Origin: Candidatus Poribacteria bacterium
GTDB lineage: Bacteria > Poribacteria > WGA-4E > WGA-3G
Assembly: GCA_007571305.1 (NCBI GenBank)
Contig: RKRR01000153.1
Location: 35,441 to 99,440, forward strand
Reading direction: 5' to 3'
DNA length: 64,000 nt
Under the pieces are notes generated by a model, which did not search any database, was not told where the DNA came from, and saw nothing but the letters and a program-made list of their open reading frames with translations. A program made the position numbers and the translations under genes. This document shows, piece by piece, positions 20,463 to 29,072 of the stretch (the stretch's first letter is position 1; each line of letters opens with the position of its first letter).

Positions 20463-20774
20463 TTGAGAACGGGTCCGCTCTCTTCATCTAAAGTCATCAA
20501 GTTACTCAACACGCACTTTGTCAATATTTGGGTTCTACTGCGGGAATTACCCGAACTGCAGAACAGTGCCAAAGGAGCTGCTGCCGCTATGTTAGGGAAA
20601 AAACTCCAAGAGCATTTTGTATATCCGGTGGACTCCCTGATGCTGACACCAAAGTTGGAATTTGTCCAACATCTGCCCACGAATGACCTTCACAAATCTT
20701 TTCCCGGTAATGAAAGGAAATCCGAATATCTAAAGTGGCTAAAATCTTCTTTAGCACAAGTAGATAGACACTAA
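20463..20774 (+). CDS. small hypothetical protein, possible third member of the NxHF-motif family
   Basis: TTG start. The N-terminal KLLNTHFVNIWVLLRE resembles (K/Q)(F/L)(I/V)N(S/N)HFE...L..ER of the two paralogs. The call is weak. Confidence 0.35.
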   Translation: MRTGPLSSSKVIKLLNTHFVNIWVLLRELPELQNSAKGAAAAMLGKKLQEHFVYPVDSLMLTPKLEFVQHLPTNDLHKSFPGNERKSEYLKWLKSSLAQVDRH

Positions 20775-20788
20775 AAAGGAGTCTGAAT

Positions 20789-21484
20789 ATGATAACGAAA
20801 ATTGAAAAACTCTTCAGGTCGCCCTACTCGGTGCCGAACGGCTTACAGGTCACAGACGAAGGTTTGTGGATCGTTGACCAGATTACCGACAGAGTCGCCT
20901 TAGTTGAAATTTCATCGGATCCAGACTACGTCGTGCCGAAACTCATCCGTGACATTCCGAGCGAATCCTCTAATACAAGCGGTATGACGTATGGAGATGG
21001 CGCGCTCTGGTTAGCCGCAAACGGATCTGGAGAACGCTGGCGTCCCCTCCGAGATACGGATGCCGAGACAGGTGAGGTTTTCAAAGTTGATCCCGCTACC
21101 GGCGAAACCCTTGGACGTTACCCGATACCCGATGGGGGCGGCACACACGGCATAGAATATGACCACTACGATGAAGGACACCTCTGGGTCCAGACCCTCA
21201 AGAATCAGGTTACACATAAGGTCAGAATTTCAGACTGGTCTATCCAAAAGACGCTTCCCTTGCCTCATGGCCGTGGACACGGCATGATTCGAGTTGAAGA
21301 TGGACTTTGGTCAACCCATACCTCTGATAGGGTCATTGTCAAACTCGATCTCAAAGACGGCACACCGCTTGATGTGATTGAGGTTCCTGAAGATTGTCCT
21401 GAACCGCACGGATTATCCATTTACGATGACAATTTCATCTATTGCGATGCCTCTTCTGGATGGGTAGCAAAGATTACATGGTAA
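20789..21484 (+). CDS. hypothetical beta-propeller-like protein
   Basis: GGAG ribosome-binding site. Repeated GxW/hydrophobic-DxxxG blade-like segments are present. No signal peptide is evident. Confidence 0.45.
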   Translation: MITKIEKLFRSPYSVPNGLQVTDEGLWIVDQITDRVALVEISSDPDYVVPKLIRDIPSESSNTSGMTYGDGALWLAANGSGERWRPLRDTDAETGEVFKVDPATGETLGRYPIPDGGGTHGIEYDHYDEGHLWVQTLKNQVTHKVRISDWSIQKTLPLPHGRGHGMIRVEDGLWSTHTSDRVIVKLDLKDGTPLDVIEVPEDCPEPHGLSIYDDNFIYCDASSGWVAKITW

Positions 21485-21546
21485 AATATAGTCAATGTGG
21501 AAAATAAGTTGACATTTTATGAGAGTTGTGGTGGGGTATAAGTCTT

Positions 21547-21944
21547 ATGAGATATTCTATAGATGGACGCAAACGCGTGCTTGACTTCATAGATGCGGAT
21601 GGCAGGAAAGTCGAAGTTTTCCGCAGGTTTCATCAAGAACGACTATCTATCACTGGTTAGCCGCTCAAGACCCCTTGATTTACGAGAAACCGGGGCCCCG
21701 AAAACCGCGACTTCTTGACTCTGAAGTTCTCCGAAAGCATGTTGCCGACTTCCCGGATCAGACGCTTGCGGAGCGAGCGGAAGTCTTCGGTGTTTCTCAA
21801 GAAGGCATCCGCTACGCCCTCGGCAAGTGTGGCATCACCAAAAAAAGTCTCGGGTCTAAGGAGCGATGCCGAAAGAAAAGCGGAATAAGTAGTTTTGGGA
21901 TTTATGGGTGCGGTTCGGAAACCACACCTACTGAGAATCTTTAG
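21547..21944 (+). mobile_element. IS630-family transposase remnant (N-terminal HTH region only; frameshifted and truncated)
   Basis: Frame 1 from about 21547 gives MRYSIDGRKRVLDFIDADG...*. Frame 0, which includes the ORF 21675..21944, gives ...SRSFPQVSSRTTIYHWLAAQDPLIYEKPGPRKPRLLDSEVLRKHVADFPDQTLAERAEVFGVSQEGIRYALGKCGITKK, the typical IS630 OrfA/HTH region. No DDE domain follows. Confidence 0.6.
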
Positions 21945-22192
21945 TTATCAATGGTCAACGATTCGTAAAAACGACGAAACGATAACGAAATCCCATATCT
22001 ACTTATTGCGTTTTTGGATACTGCTTAAAGCTGAATTCCTCACTTTTTTGCTGTTATGGGTGTTTTTGGTACGTTGGATCACCCAATACAGAATTGTGCA
22101 ACCTTCACCTATTGATTCGCGTCACTGTGTCAGAAACTGGATGAGTACTAAGAAGTGAAACTCAAATTTCAGCGTATCAATAGGAGATCCTG

Positions 22193-23452
22193 ATGAGAAA
22201 CGATGATGTTGCTTTGGTTTGCTATACCCTTGCAGGCGACGAAATAGCCTTCGCGACGTTGGTGGAAAAATACAGAAAACAGGTTCACGAGCTTGCGTGG
22301 CGCACAATTGGAGACTTTCACATTGCTCAAGATATTACGCAGGAGACCTTTCTGAAAGCCCACCAGAAACTTGATGTTTTGAAGGATCCACAGCGATTTT
22401 CTGGATGGATCAACGCCATTGCTACCCGTCTTTGTCTGGCATGGTTTCGTGAGGAGCACTTGAATATCCAACTTTCCGAGAATATAAGTAGGACCACGAG
22501 ACGGAATGATCCGTACTCCGGATATCTCGTCGGAGTGCAAGCGAATGAGGTATCACAAGAACTACGCGAGATCATTAAAAAATGGCTTGCCAAATTATCG
22601 GAACATGAACGGACCGTCATAACCCTCCACTATTTCGATGGAATGCTCTGTGAAGACATAGCGAATTTTTTAGGTGTGCCGCCCAACACTGTGAAAAGTC
22701 GGCTCAATCGAGCTCGGAATCGGCTAAAAAAGAACGAATCTCTGGGACAATCTGCTCTCGACGATTTCCAATCTTTCGCGACACTGAGTGAGATAGTTAA
22801 AACCGAACGTAAAATTAGAATATGTATTGAAGCCACTACTGAGAACGGCAGGCAATTTAGAGAAGGGGGTGCTTCCTTAGTAAAAACCGATGTGTCTTTG
22901 AGACTGTCCAGCTACGGTTGGGAAGAACACAATAAGGGCGAACCAGTCACAACGCCTTTGTTGGGAATGACTATTACCCCCTTCCTCCTTAGACTCCCTT
23001 CGGTTATAGGTGATACGTGGATCCAAGAAGGATTCTGGCACTCACATGCAAAAACGGCCTTAGAAGGATATGAGCAAGTAGAAGTTTCTGTTGGAGTTTT
23101 CCCGACCTGCCTCAAGCACAAAAGTGTCATTATTGACACGCCACCACACCTCCAAAATAATCTACTTATGACTACTAATGGGAAACCGTATGAACAGGAC
23201 TCTAAAAGAGAGAGTCCATTTGTCAACGGGACGCGCTATTTGTGGTTTGCCGAGGGAGTTGGAGTCGTGAGAATGCGCTATGAGCACGCCAACGGTCGCA
23301 CGACAGAGGCAGAGTTATTTGAATATAGAGTTCCGAACAAAACAGAAGAATACCTTCCTTTGCAGATCGGTTCTACGTACATATACAAGTATCACAGTGT
23401 TTCTCTCAATGAAACGGTGATTGAGAAGTGGCGCGTCACTGAAAACTTTTAA
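22193..23452 (+). CDS. ECF-type sigma-70 factor with about 230-aa C-terminal extension
   Basis: The sigma region 2 (FATLVEKYRKQVHELAWRTIGDFHIAQDITQETFLKA) and region 4 (ERTVITLHYFDGMLCEDIANFLGVPPNTVKSRLNRAR) are followed by a 230-aa soluble tail with no transmembrane helix. Confidence 0.75.
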   Translation: MRNDDVALVCYTLAGDEIAFATLVEKYRKQVHELAWRTIGDFHIAQDITQETFLKAHQKLDVLKDPQRFSGWINAIATRLCLAWFREEHLNIQLSENISRTTRRNDPYSGYLVGVQANEVSQELREIIKKWLAKLSEHERTVITLHYFDGMLCEDIANFLGVPPNTVKSRLNRARNRLKKNESLGQSALDDFQSFATLSEIVKTERKIRICIEATTENGRQFREGGASLVKTDVSLRLSSYGWEEHNKGEPVTTPLLGMTITPFLLRLPSVIGDTWIQEGFWHSHAKTALEGYEQVEVSVGVFPTCLKHKSVIIDTPPHLQNNLLMTTNGKPYEQDSKRESPFVNGTRYLWFAEGVGVVRMRYEHANGRTTEAELFEYRVPNKTEEYLPLQIGSTYIYKYHSVSLNETVIEKWRVTENF

Positions 23453-23509
23453 TCCTGACAGCACCTATTTAGAGAAGAAACGTAGACTCCAAAATTATCT
23501 ATACTCGTT

Positions 23510-25015
23510 GTGACCGGAGCCAACGCGATGCTTTGGACGATTGTTAGAAGGGAAATCACATCAAATATCTTGAGTTTCAGATTTCTGCTGGGGTTCCTCA
23601 TTTATTTTTCTCTGATTGTGACAAATCTTTTTGTTCTGACCAATGGTTACGAAGATAGGCTCCAAAGTTACCAAACGGCTCTCCGAGAAAATGAAGAGAA
23701 AATAGGTCAGGTAACGAGATACTCTGAATTCGGACTCACTCACCTGTTAAAGTGTGATAGAAGTCCGAAACTACTTAGCATTTTCAACGAAGGTGTGGAT
23801 AAACGAAAAGGAAATACAGTGCCGGTGGCACATGGATATGTTCCTGCAGTTGCCGCACACCATGGGTCTGATAACCCCTACCTGGACATCTTTTCCTCTA
23901 TTGACTTCACAGTTATCTGCCAAGTGGTGATGAGCCTGCTGGCACTGCTTTTCTCCCACGACGCGATATCGCGAGAAAAGGAAGCCGGGACCTTGAGATT
24001 AGCACTCTCTTGCGCGGTGCCGAGACCTACGCTGCTGCTGGGCAAATATATCGCTGGGATGGTATCTATTTCGCTTCCGCTTATTGCGAGTTTCGTTGCT
24101 GGTTTGTTGGTGATACAGTTTTCTCCTTATGTCTCCTTAAGTGGTTCAGATTGGGGACGGATATTGTTAATCTTTCTGCTATCTATGTTTTATGTTTCCC
24201 TTTTTTTTCTCATTGGACTTTTTCTTTCTACTCTAACTGATCGCCCCTCTATCACGCTCATGTTCACTATGTGCGTCTGGGTGCTTTTTGTGCTTATCGT
24301 TCCCAATCTGACAGTTTTATTGGTGAAACATGCAAGTCCGATACAGCCGGAGGAACCGTATAAAGAGCAGGCGCGTGATCGGTGGAAGCAATATGAAGCC
24401 GAAGTGAAAAACTATTATGGGAAACGGGGGGTTGAGGGACCACTCGATCACGCCAATTTTGGCGGTGTCGGTGCTCGTTCAGGTATCAACTCCTACGATA
24501 GTGGTGAAACAGTTCAAGTAAGTGGTTTTGAGAACAAAGATGGTGTGCCTTTTGCCGAAGAATGTTATGGATTCAAAGAAAATCTCCGAACCCAATACGC
24601 CGATCAGATATGGCAAATACGCAAAGAATATCTCGACAAGAATCCGAACCGACAATCTCTATTGGCGTTGAACATATCCCGTATATCTCCCGCAGTGGTT
24701 TATTACAATGCTGCTGCAATTCTTGCAGACACAGATTTGAGAAACTTCTGGCGATTTATGGAACAGACCCGACAATATCGTCGTGAATGGATCGATTATC
24801 TAAGAGATGAAAAAATATTTTCTTCACACAGATGGTTTACGACTGAATTCGGAGACCCCATTGACTTGAGCAGAATTCCAAGATTTAACGAACAGGGTGA
24901 AGACCTCAGCAACAGTCTGCAACGCGCCTCATTGGACATTATGATACTCACTGTATTAAACATGCTGTTCTTTATGAGCGCATTCATCTCATTCCTACGT
25001 TACGACGTTGTATAG
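23510..25015 (+). CDS. ABC-2 family transporter permease with large extracytoplasmic C-terminal region
   Basis: Six transmembrane helices in an ABC-2 pattern. A C-terminal domain of about 200 aa ends in a further transmembrane helix. The start is ambiguous, at GTG 23510 or ATG 23528. Confidence 0.55.
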   Translation: MTGANAMLWTIVRREITSNILSFRFLLGFLIYFSLIVTNLFVLTNGYEDRLQSYQTALRENEEKIGQVTRYSEFGLTHLLKCDRSPKLLSIFNEGVDKRKGNTVPVAHGYVPAVAAHHGSDNPYLDIFSSIDFTVICQVVMSLLALLFSHDAISREKEAGTLRLALSCAVPRPTLLLGKYIAGMVSISLPLIASFVAGLLVIQFSPYVSLSGSDWGRILLIFLLSMFYVSLFFLIGLFLSTLTDRPSITLMFTMCVWVLFVLIVPNLTVLLVKHASPIQPEEPYKEQARDRWKQYEAEVKNYYGKRGVEGPLDHANFGGVGARSGINSYDSGETVQVSGFENKDGVPFAEECYGFKENLRTQYADQIWQIRKEYLDKNPNRQSLLALNISRISPAVVYYNAAAILADTDLRNFWRFMEQTRQYRREWIDYLRDEKIFSSHRWFTTEFGDPIDLSRIPRFNEQGEDLSNSLQRASLDIMILTVLNMLFFMSAFISFLRYDVV

Positions 25016-25046
25016 TCGGGGTTCAGGGTTGGGCAAAGGATTCAAC

Positions 25047-26516
25047 ATGATCTGGCAGATAACAAAACGAGAAATTCTTGATAATTTGACGCGTTTTCGA
25101 TTTGCACTCACGTTGATTCTGGTAATAGCACTGATGGTGCTGAATGCCATGATATTTGTGAGTAGTCAATACCCGCAAAGGATCGCGGAATATTCCAAAG
25201 ATACTAACCAGGCTGCCGAATCACTCAAAACAAAAAGCAGTAATTTAAGCGAACTTGCAGTAAAAGGTCCAGGATATCTATACAAACCGGTAAGTCCATT
25301 AACCTTCATAGCAATGGGAGAGGATAAAAACTTACCCAAACGGGTTGAAGGGGCTTCAAGTGGCGGCTATGGCATAGATATGACAACACCTGATTTTAGT
25401 TTCAGATACTCTTGGTCAGCAAACTGGTGGCTTCAGTACCCACAGCATACATCCCGAAAAAACGATTCGTTGCCAAGCTTCACGGAATTGGATTGGACGT
25501 TTATCATTGGGTTGGTAATGAGTTTCATGGCAATTTTGTTCACTTATGATACGATCTCTGGAGAACGGGAAACGGGGACGCTAAGCCTGCTCATGTCCAA
25601 TTCCGTATCACGGGCAACTGTGCTTCTGGGAAAATTCATAGGGGCATTTCTCACTATCTTGATTCCATTGTTTATTGGTGTACTACTGAATTTAATGATC
25701 GTCAATGCGTCAAGATTGATATCGCTGAGCGGAGGCGAATGGGTACGGATCGGGATAATCTTTGTTACGTCCGCTGTCTACATCTCAGGCTTCTTATGGC
25801 TTGGACTGTTTATCTCAAGCCAATTTTCCCATTCGTCAAGTAGTTTGCTGACCTTGCTGTTAGTCTGGATCGTGTTTGTGGTGCTTATCCCAAACACGAT
25901 GGGAGTATTGGCAAGCGGCTCCCAGCAAGTGTCTTCAAGAAGCGAAATTTCGCGAATAGAGAAAACAAAAGAAGACGAAATTGATAATCGCTACAAAGGA
26001 AGGGATAAACTTTACAGAATGGGTTCGCCTTCCGACACGCCTCCTAAAATTGAGGTGTTAAGGATGTGGGCTGACTATCTAAAAGAACATGCTGATGCCA
26101 AAAGCAGCATCAATGATGAACATCTCAATAAACAGTTCGCACAGGTTGAATTTACGCAACAAATTACGCGATTATCCCCGGCGGCTATCTACAAGTATGC
26201 TGTAGAATCTCTATCTGGCACAGGATTCGCCAGACATAAAAGGTTCGTCCAACGCGCGCGACGCTATAAACAACAGTTCATTGACTTTATCAAATCGGAA
26301 GATAAAAGAGACAACGACAGTTACCACATTTATCTTCTAAAGGAGGGGCTATCCCAAAAACCTGTTCCTTCTAATAGCATCCCTAAGTTTTCAGAACGGT
26401 TAACTGTCGGTGTTACCTTCGGTGGAGCAATATTGGATTTGGGGCTGTTAGTCTCGCTCGCATTATTCCTGTTTACGGTGGCTTCCTTAGCGTTTATGAG
26501 AGTGGATGTTAAATAA
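25047..26516 (+). CDS. ABC-2 family transporter permease (paralog of the upstream gene)
   Basis: It has the same architecture and recognisable similarity to 23510..25015. The ATG at 25047 is preceded by AAAGGA. Confidence 0.55.
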   Translation: MIWQITKREILDNLTRFRFALTLILVIALMVLNAMIFVSSQYPQRIAEYSKDTNQAAESLKTKSSNLSELAVKGPGYLYKPVSPLTFIAMGEDKNLPKRVEGASSGGYGIDMTTPDFSFRYSWSANWWLQYPQHTSRKNDSLPSFTELDWTFIIGLVMSFMAILFTYDTISGERETGTLSLLMSNSVSRATVLLGKFIGAFLTILIPLFIGVLLNLMIVNASRLISLSGGEWVRIGIIFVTSAVYISGFLWLGLFISSQFSHSSSSLLTLLLVWIVFVVLIPNTMGVLASGSQQVSSRSEISRIEKTKEDEIDNRYKGRDKLYRMGSPSDTPPKIEVLRMWADYLKEHADAKSSINDEHLNKQFAQVEFTQQITRLSPAAIYKYAVESLSGTGFARHKRFVQRARRYKQQFIDFIKSEDKRDNDSYHIYLLKEGLSQKPVPSNSIPKFSERLTVGVTFGGAILDLGLLVSLALFLFTVASLAFMRVDVK

Positions 26517-26675
26517 ACCCGAAAAGCAGTCCCGACCGGGAAAGCCCTCCTACAAAGGAATGGAATGCCAAAAACTTACACTCCCAGGAATATGAGTTTC
26601 TTTCTTCCTTGTTAGATGAGAATGGGCTATAATCAGAGATTATTGTAAAACTGCGGCATCTCCGCGGTTGCTGGA

Positions 26676-27524
26676 TTAATCGACAATCGGACGCGGCGGA
26701 TTTCCCCAGTGCCCCTTGTTATCTTTTCCACTCACGACGACACCTTCCCTGTCCCAACGATAGGAGGCTTGAACATCAGAGGTGCAGTACCGTAAGGTGA
26801 GGCCGCAGCGTCGATTCGGCGAAGGGTTGGCGTTTGAACCGTGCAGCAACAAATCGGTGTGGATAGAGATTTCACCGGCTTTGAGTTCAACATCCACAGG
26901 GGTGCCGTACTGCTCTGCGTTTTCAACGATTTGACCCAGGATGCTATTTTCGTCGGGGGTGCTGTGTCGGGCTGTCAAGTGTCCTAAGTGATGAGAGCCT
27001 GCGACAAAACGCATCGCGCCGTTCTCAACGGTGGCATCGTCGATCGCGAGCCAGACAGTAACGGTTTTTGAGGGGGTCAGGGGCCAGTAACCCGCATCTT
27101 GGTGCCAACCGACAATTTTCGAGTCATGGGGCATTTTGCAGAAGTAGTGCGCACCCCAACCGATAATATTTTCGCCGATGAGGTCCTTCACACAGGTGAC
27201 GATCTTTGGGTGCATGAGAAGGTCATAGACGTTTCCGTGTTTCATGTGTGCGGAGATAATTGAGTAACTACTTCCGCCTTCCGCCATGACGTTTGCTAAC
27301 AGAGCATCAAAGTATTGCCGGTGTTCGTCGATTTCGTCTTCCTCGAAAATCGAGATACCTTTGACATAACCGGAACGGTTGAAATCATCCAACTGTTTCT
27401 GCGTTAGCACCTTTGGATGTTTAGTGGTACTTGGGTAAAACTGAAGATCACGCTCCATTTCAGCAAGTTGCTCCCATGTCGGCATGATTTTATCGGTTCT
27501 GTAAACAACGCCCTTGGTTGCCAT
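26676..27524 (-). CDS. phytanoyl-CoA dioxygenase (PhyH) family protein
   Basis: The PhyH signature WHQDAGYWPL and the histidine facial triad are present. Confidence 0.7.
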   Translation of the reverse strand: MATKGVVYRTDKIMPTWEQLAEMERDLQFYPSTTKHPKVLTQKQLDDFNRSGYVKGISIFEEDEIDEHRQYFDALLANVMAEGGSSYSIISAHMKHGNVYDLLMHPKIVTCVKDLIGENIIGWGAHYFCKMPHDSKIVGWHQDAGYWPLTPSKTVTVWLAIDDATVENGAMRFVAGSHHLGHLTARHSTPDENSILGQIVENAEQYGTPVDVELKAGEISIHTDLLLHGSNANPSPNRRCGLTLRYCTSDVQASYRWDREGVVVSGKDNKGHWGNPPRPIVD

Positions 27525-27642
27525 TGTTGTTTCACCTCGTTTGAATTCTGATTACATTTTACCATATACGCAAAGAAAACGGAATAACCTACGGATACCT
27601 ACAAGTGATACGTTACAATTTCCTACACATTTTGATAATTCA

Positions 27643-27830
27643 AACCCAAGTTGCCACCTTTGTAGCATAGGAAACCGTTAGTTCCCTGTGCATATATGTA
27701 GCATAGGAGACCGTCGGTTTCCTGTGCATCAATGTGCACAACCTAACAGGTTATGCTACAGAGATTGCGAAAAGTATAACATTCGCAGCACAACCTAACA
27801 GGTTATGCTACATCACTGGCAACTTGGGTT
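27643..27830. mobile_element. MITE-like element (TIR AACCCAAGTTGCC / GGCAACTTGGGTT), flanked by a 6-bp direct repeat AATTCA
   Basis: The terminal inverted repeats are perfect over 13 bp. Internally there are two tandem sub-repeats, each ending in the hairpin module GCACAACCTAACAGGTTATGCTACA. AATTCA appears immediately on both sides. Confidence 0.6.
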
Positions 27831-27888
27831 AATTCAATATAAATGATTCATGAGACAGATGATACTCTGAAACTGAGGTTAATAATTA

Positions 27889-29022
27889 ATGGCGCATGCA
27901 TATACCCCCGGACTTAAAGTTACCGAGGGGATGACAATTGAAAAAGAACGGCGGCTTCCGCTCGAAGGTGAGGTGCTCGTCGAAACCGGGGCAACAGTTC
28001 AGGCAGAAGATGTCGTTGCGAAGGCGGATCTACCGGGCAACGTCCAACTCCTGAATGTTGCCAATCTGCTCAGTGTTCCAGCGGAAGAAATTACAGAATA
28101 CATGCTCAAACCTGTCGGCGAAACTATTGTCAAAGATGAAATTATCGCCACGACGAAAGGGCTTTTCGGACTCTTCAAGTCGCAGGCGCGTTCACCGATT
28201 GATGGCACCATCGAAGCCGTGTCTGATGTCACAGGACAGGTTATCCTCCGCGAACCACCGATTCCTGTGGAAGTCAAGGCTTACACGGATGGCATGGTAA
28301 CGGAGATCGCTCCAAATGAAGGGGTCACAGTAGTGACCTACGGCAGTTATATCCAAGGTATCTTCGGGGTCGGCGGCGAAACGATAGGAAATTTGACCGT
28401 TGCGGTTTCTTCTCCGAATGATGAACTGGCTGCGGAACATATCCTGCCCGAACATCGGGACGACATTCTGGTTGGCGGTTCGCTGGTCACGACTGGTGCA
28501 ATTCAAAAAGCGATTCAGCAGGGCGTAAAAGGGATCATTGCCGGTGGGATTGATGACGCTGATTTGCGGGAGTTTCTTGGTTATGAACTCGGTGTTGCGA
28601 TTACAGGATCTGAGGAGATCGGAATTACACTCGTTATCACGGAAGGGTTTGGAAGTATCGCGATGGCGGAGCATACGTTTACGCTTCTGAAAGCACGTGA
28701 AGGCAGGAAAACGTCTATCAATGGGGCAACACAGATTCGTGCGGGAGTTGTCCGCCCGGAAATCTTGATTCCCATCACACCAGAAACTTCTGAAGTATCA
28801 TCAGATGCAACGGGTAATGCTGGGGAAGGTATTCTGGAGATTGGCAGTTCAGTTCGTATCATCCGAGAACCGTATTTTGGGAAGTTGGGACGCGTCACGG
28901 AATTGCCGGTAGAGCTGCAGGATTTAGAGACGGAAGCCCAGGTGAGGGTGTTACGCGTTGAACTTGAGGACGGTCAACAGACCATTTTACCTCGTGCTAA
29001 CGTTGAAGCGATTGAGGCGTAG
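27889..29022 (+). CDS. hypothetical protein
   Basis: A 377-aa ORF with a ribosome-binding site and two barrel-sandwich/lipoyl-like segments (EVLVETGATVQAEDVVAKAD; KAYTDGMVTEIAPNEGVTVV). No confident family assignment. Confidence 0.45.
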   Translation: MAHAYTPGLKVTEGMTIEKERRLPLEGEVLVETGATVQAEDVVAKADLPGNVQLLNVANLLSVPAEEITEYMLKPVGETIVKDEIIATTKGLFGLFKSQARSPIDGTIEAVSDVTGQVILREPPIPVEVKAYTDGMVTEIAPNEGVTVVTYGSYIQGIFGVGGETIGNLTVAVSSPNDELAAEHILPEHRDDILVGGSLVTTGAIQKAIQQGVKGIIAGGIDDADLREFLGYELGVAITGSEEIGITLVITEGFGSIAMAEHTFTLLKAREGRKTSINGATQIRAGVVRPEILIPITPETSEVSSDATGNAGEGILEIGSSVRIIREPYFGKLGRVTELPVELQDLETEAQVRVLRVELEDGQQTILPRANVEAIEA

Positions 29023-29072
29023 TTACTTGTTTTGGATTTGTCAGTAGGCAGATAACAAGATTACAAGCATTT

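Noticed and set aside
27643-27830. A CRISPR array (repeated GCACAACCTAACAGGTTATGCTACA units)
   Set aside because: There are only two tandem units. The units are themselves palindromic and sit inside an element bounded by inverted repeats, with no cas genes. The family is dispersed as single copies, so it is a MITE/REP-like repeat and not a spacer-repeat array.
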